This document shows positions 35,925 to 38,284 of a stretch of 38,284 nt of DNA, one piece after another; position 1 is the stretch's first letter; each line of letters starts with the position of its first letter. Source of the stretch: a virus. The notes below the pieces were generated by a model. The model was given only the letters and a program-made list of their open reading frames with translations, made no database searches and was not told where the DNA came from. The stretch lies in UHGV virus genome UHGV-0085204. The stretch is one strand, 5' to 3'. Position numbers and translations under genes: made by a program.

Positions 35925-38234
35925 ATGTCAGATATCACCGCAAATGTTGTGGTAAGCATGCCTTCGCAACTCTTCACTATGGCGCGTTCTTTTAAAGCTG
36001 TAGCCAATGGCAAAATTTATATCGGTAAAATTGATACTGACCCTGTAAATCCTGAAAACCAGATTCAGGTTTATGTGGAGAACGAAGACGGCTCTCACGT
36101 TCCTGTTTCGCAGCCAATCATCATTAACGCTGCTGGATATCCTGTATATAACGGACAGATTGCCAAATTCGTTACCGTGCAAGGTCATTCGATGGCTGTT
36201 TACGATGCTTATGGGGTGCAGCAGTTCTATTTCCCAAACGTGCTGAAGTATGACCCTGATCAGTTAGAACGGAGACTTTCTTCTGGCAATGGGGCAGATT
36301 ATATAGGATACCCTGGTTATGACGATTTAACCCAATTCCTACACACTACAATAAGAACTATCGAAGAGTTCAGAGAGCCAGGATACACCGACGCACAAAC
36401 ATTTCAGGCTGCGGTGAATTCAGGTAGTGTAAGAATTCCATCTGGAACAACGATTGAAATCATCGGTAATGTTGATATCACAATCCCGGGAGACAGGATT
36501 ATTCTCGTAGAGAATGGTGGAGTCATTAAATCCAATGGTCGATTCACTGCATACGGAGTAAATAACGTCCATTGGATTGTTAACGGATTGGTTGAATGCA
36601 CTGGAATGGTGCCTGCACCTGCAAAATCAGGATGGCCTAACACTGCCGCTGGAACGCAGTCTGGGGATGAACGAGGATTTATCGAGTTCGGCGGTGTTGT
36701 ATTCGCAGGCAACGATGGATTCTGCTACTCAGTAACTGGTAATGGTAGAATACAAGGATACTGGTCAGGAACTCCAAACAATAGCGATCTGGTTAACCAG
36801 GTAAACCGGAAGGGTATAGCTGCATGGAACTGCTCTCGCTTTACAGTTAAAGGCGTTCACATAGACGGATTTGAAGGTGAGCAAGTATACTGGTTCTCTC
36901 GTAACGCCAACAACCGTGATGCGTTATTCGATAGCGTAACCAGTACTAACGCACGATTTAATGCGCTAAACATGAACGTTTATAGCGCAATGTTTAATAT
37001 AGTAATCCGTGATTGTTATACTAACGTTTCCTATAATGGGGTTGAATCATCTGCGGGAGATATAATTAACACAACACATGATGGAAGTGTGAATAGTGGT
37101 ATTCTTTTTGGTCTTGGTACCGGTGGCGGAAACCGGCTTATTGATAGTAATAAAGTCAATGATTGCCTTGGTACTCCGTATTCTTTGCTGTATAACAAAG
37201 ACTATGAGGGGCGCGGATACGTACCTATTGTTACTATCACAAATAACGTGGCCACAAATCCAGCAAACCATTTCATATGTGTATCTGGTATTTCAGGGTT
37301 AAAAATAGAAAACAACATCTGCTATGGTTTAAAGGCAGGGAAGTTTATACAGGCTACTGTAATTGAAGGTGGTGTGATAAAAAACAACACCAACTACAAA
37401 CCTAATGCTGGTACTCAACATGTATATCAAGCAGCTTGTTATTCCGTGTTTGAATCAGATAATGATCTTATAACGTTAGGAGGATCGTATGCTCCAACGA
37501 AATTGTCAGAACGTGCAATAACAGGTGGGTTAGAGTCGAACATCACCGCGTTCGGTATCAGGGAAAACTTTCATGAGTTAAGGGCAGGTAATCCGCAGCT
37601 TGCATCTGGGCCGGAATACAGATTCTCTTATGATACCGGGGTTAACTTTATAGCTGCATCGATAAGTTCGAATCTTATTGCTTATGATGGCGCAGGTGCA
37701 TCTGCCAATCTTTCTTTTAATAACCTGAAGATCAATAACTCCGACGTACTCGGTCAGTCATGGGAGATGACTACTCGCGGTTATTTATCACCCGGTACTG
37801 ATGGCACACAGGATTTTGGAGCTGCAAGCAGGAGAATAAATTCAAGTTATTTCACCGTATCACCTATTGTTTCATCTGACAAATGCTTAAAGCAACAGGA
37901 GGAGTGGCTTGATGATGCTGAGAAACGTGTGGCTTTAAAAATAAAACGGTTACTAAAAAAATATAAGTTAAATGACTCTGTGTTAAAAAAAGGAAATAAT
38001 GCAAGGATTCATATTGGTGTGATTGCTCAAGATGTAAGAGATGCATTCTTATCGGAAAATCTAGACCCTCATTCTTACGCGCTGTTTTGTTATGATGAAT
38101 GGGATGAATCTCCTGAGATTGTAGAAAGAGATGAACATGGAACATTAACAGTCAAACAACCATATATTGCATCTGGAAGCAGATATAGCATCAGGTATGA
38201 TGAATTATTATGCTTTATAATTGCTGCTATTTAG
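35925..38234 (+). CDS. Tailspike: P22 gp9-like head-binding N-terminus, beta-helix-like receptor-binding body, C-terminal intramolecular chaperone (peptidase S74-like) domain
   Basis: ATG 35925 with GGAG RBS; N-terminus [13 protein letters not shown]...[21 protein letters not shown] matches P22 tailspike; C-terminus SSDKCLK...HIGVIAQDV...[16 protein letters not shown] matches the S74 chaperone domain pattern; 3' end AT-rich by eye. Confidence 0.85.
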   Translation: MSDITANVVVSMPSQLFTMARSFKAVANGKIYIGKIDTDPVNPENQIQVYVENEDGSHVPVSQPIIINAAGYPVYNGQIAKFVTVQGHSMAVYDAYGVQQFYFPNVLKYDPDQLERRLSSGNGADYIGYPGYDDLTQFLHTTIRTIEEFREPGYTDAQTFQAAVNSGSVRIPSGTTIEIIGNVDITIPGDRIILVENGGVIKSNGRFTAYGVNNVHWIVNGLVECTGMVPAPAKSGWPNTAAGTQSGDERGFIEFGGVVFAGNDGFCYSVTGNGRIQGYWSGTPNNSDLVNQVNRKGIAAWNCSRFTVKGVHIDGFEGEQVYWFSRNANNRDALFDSVTSTNARFNALNMNVYSAMFNIVIRDCYTNVSYNGVESSAGDIINTTHDGSVNSGILFGLGTGGGNRLIDSNKVNDCLGTPYSLLYNKDYEGRGYVPIVTITNNVATNPANHFICVSGISGLKIENNICYGLKAGKFIQATVIEGGVIKNNTNYKPNAGTQHVYQAACYSVFESDNDLITLGGSYAPTKLSERAITGGLESNITAFGIRENFHELRAGNPQLASGPEYRFSYDTGVNFIAASISSNLIAYDGAGASANLSFNNLKINNSDVLGQSWEMTTRGYLSPGTDGTQDFGAASRRINSSYFTVSPIVSSDKCLKQQEEWLDDAEKRVALKIKRLLKKYKLNDSVLKKGNNARIHIGVIAQDVRDAFLSENLDPHSYALFCYDEWDESPEIVERDEHGTLTVKQPYIASGSRYSIRYDELLCFIIAAI

Positions 38235-38284
38235 TGTATTAATCATAAAAATGCAGCCATTTTTATAATGTCAATGCTATTGAT

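Larger units (their letters stand above)
38..38284. mobile_element. Lambdoid prophage with P22/Sf6-like morphogenesis module; right end (attR) not within window
   Basis: Contiguous int-xis / exo-bet-gam / repressor-cro / O-P-ren / nin-Q / lysis / terminase-portal-coat / ejection proteins / mnt / tailspike gene order directly adjacent to a tRNA 3' end. Confidence 0.9.

Overview
The window is almost entirely one lambdoid prophage with P22/Sf6-type (podovirus) morphogenesis genes, integrated next to the 3' end of a tRNA gene (thrW-like, tRNA-Thr, from memory) at position 1-37. Gene order runs: integrase and excisionase (minus strand); an early-left accessory cluster; lambda-type exo-bet-gam; an OL-like operator cluster; a two-gene cargo operon downstream of the repressor; cI-like repressor, cro-like and CII/YdaT-like genes; lambda-type O (with internal iterons), P and ren; a second two-gene cargo at the ren/nin junction; a DLP12-like nin region (ybcN/NinB-like, ninE, ybcO-like, rusA, ylcG-like, Q); a moron island between Q and the lysis genes (Blc-like lipocalin, YbgA-like protein, AT-rich AraC regulator); a pinholin/SAR-endolysin/Rz/Rz1 lysis cassette; a KilA-N gene; Sf6/P22-like terminase, portal, scaffold, coat, gp4, gp10, gp26, gp14, gp7, gp20, gp16; a lone Mnt-like repressor; and a chimeric tailspike. 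The best candidate for an undescribed system is the operon sitting where lambda carries rexAB: a short HipA-like kinase-fold protein translationally coupled to a DUF3037-like protein. A second candidate is a tandem pair of HEPN/DUF4145-like proteins at the ren-nin hotspot. All family assignments are from reading the translations and from memory of reference proteins; no database search was run, and GC statements are by eye only.
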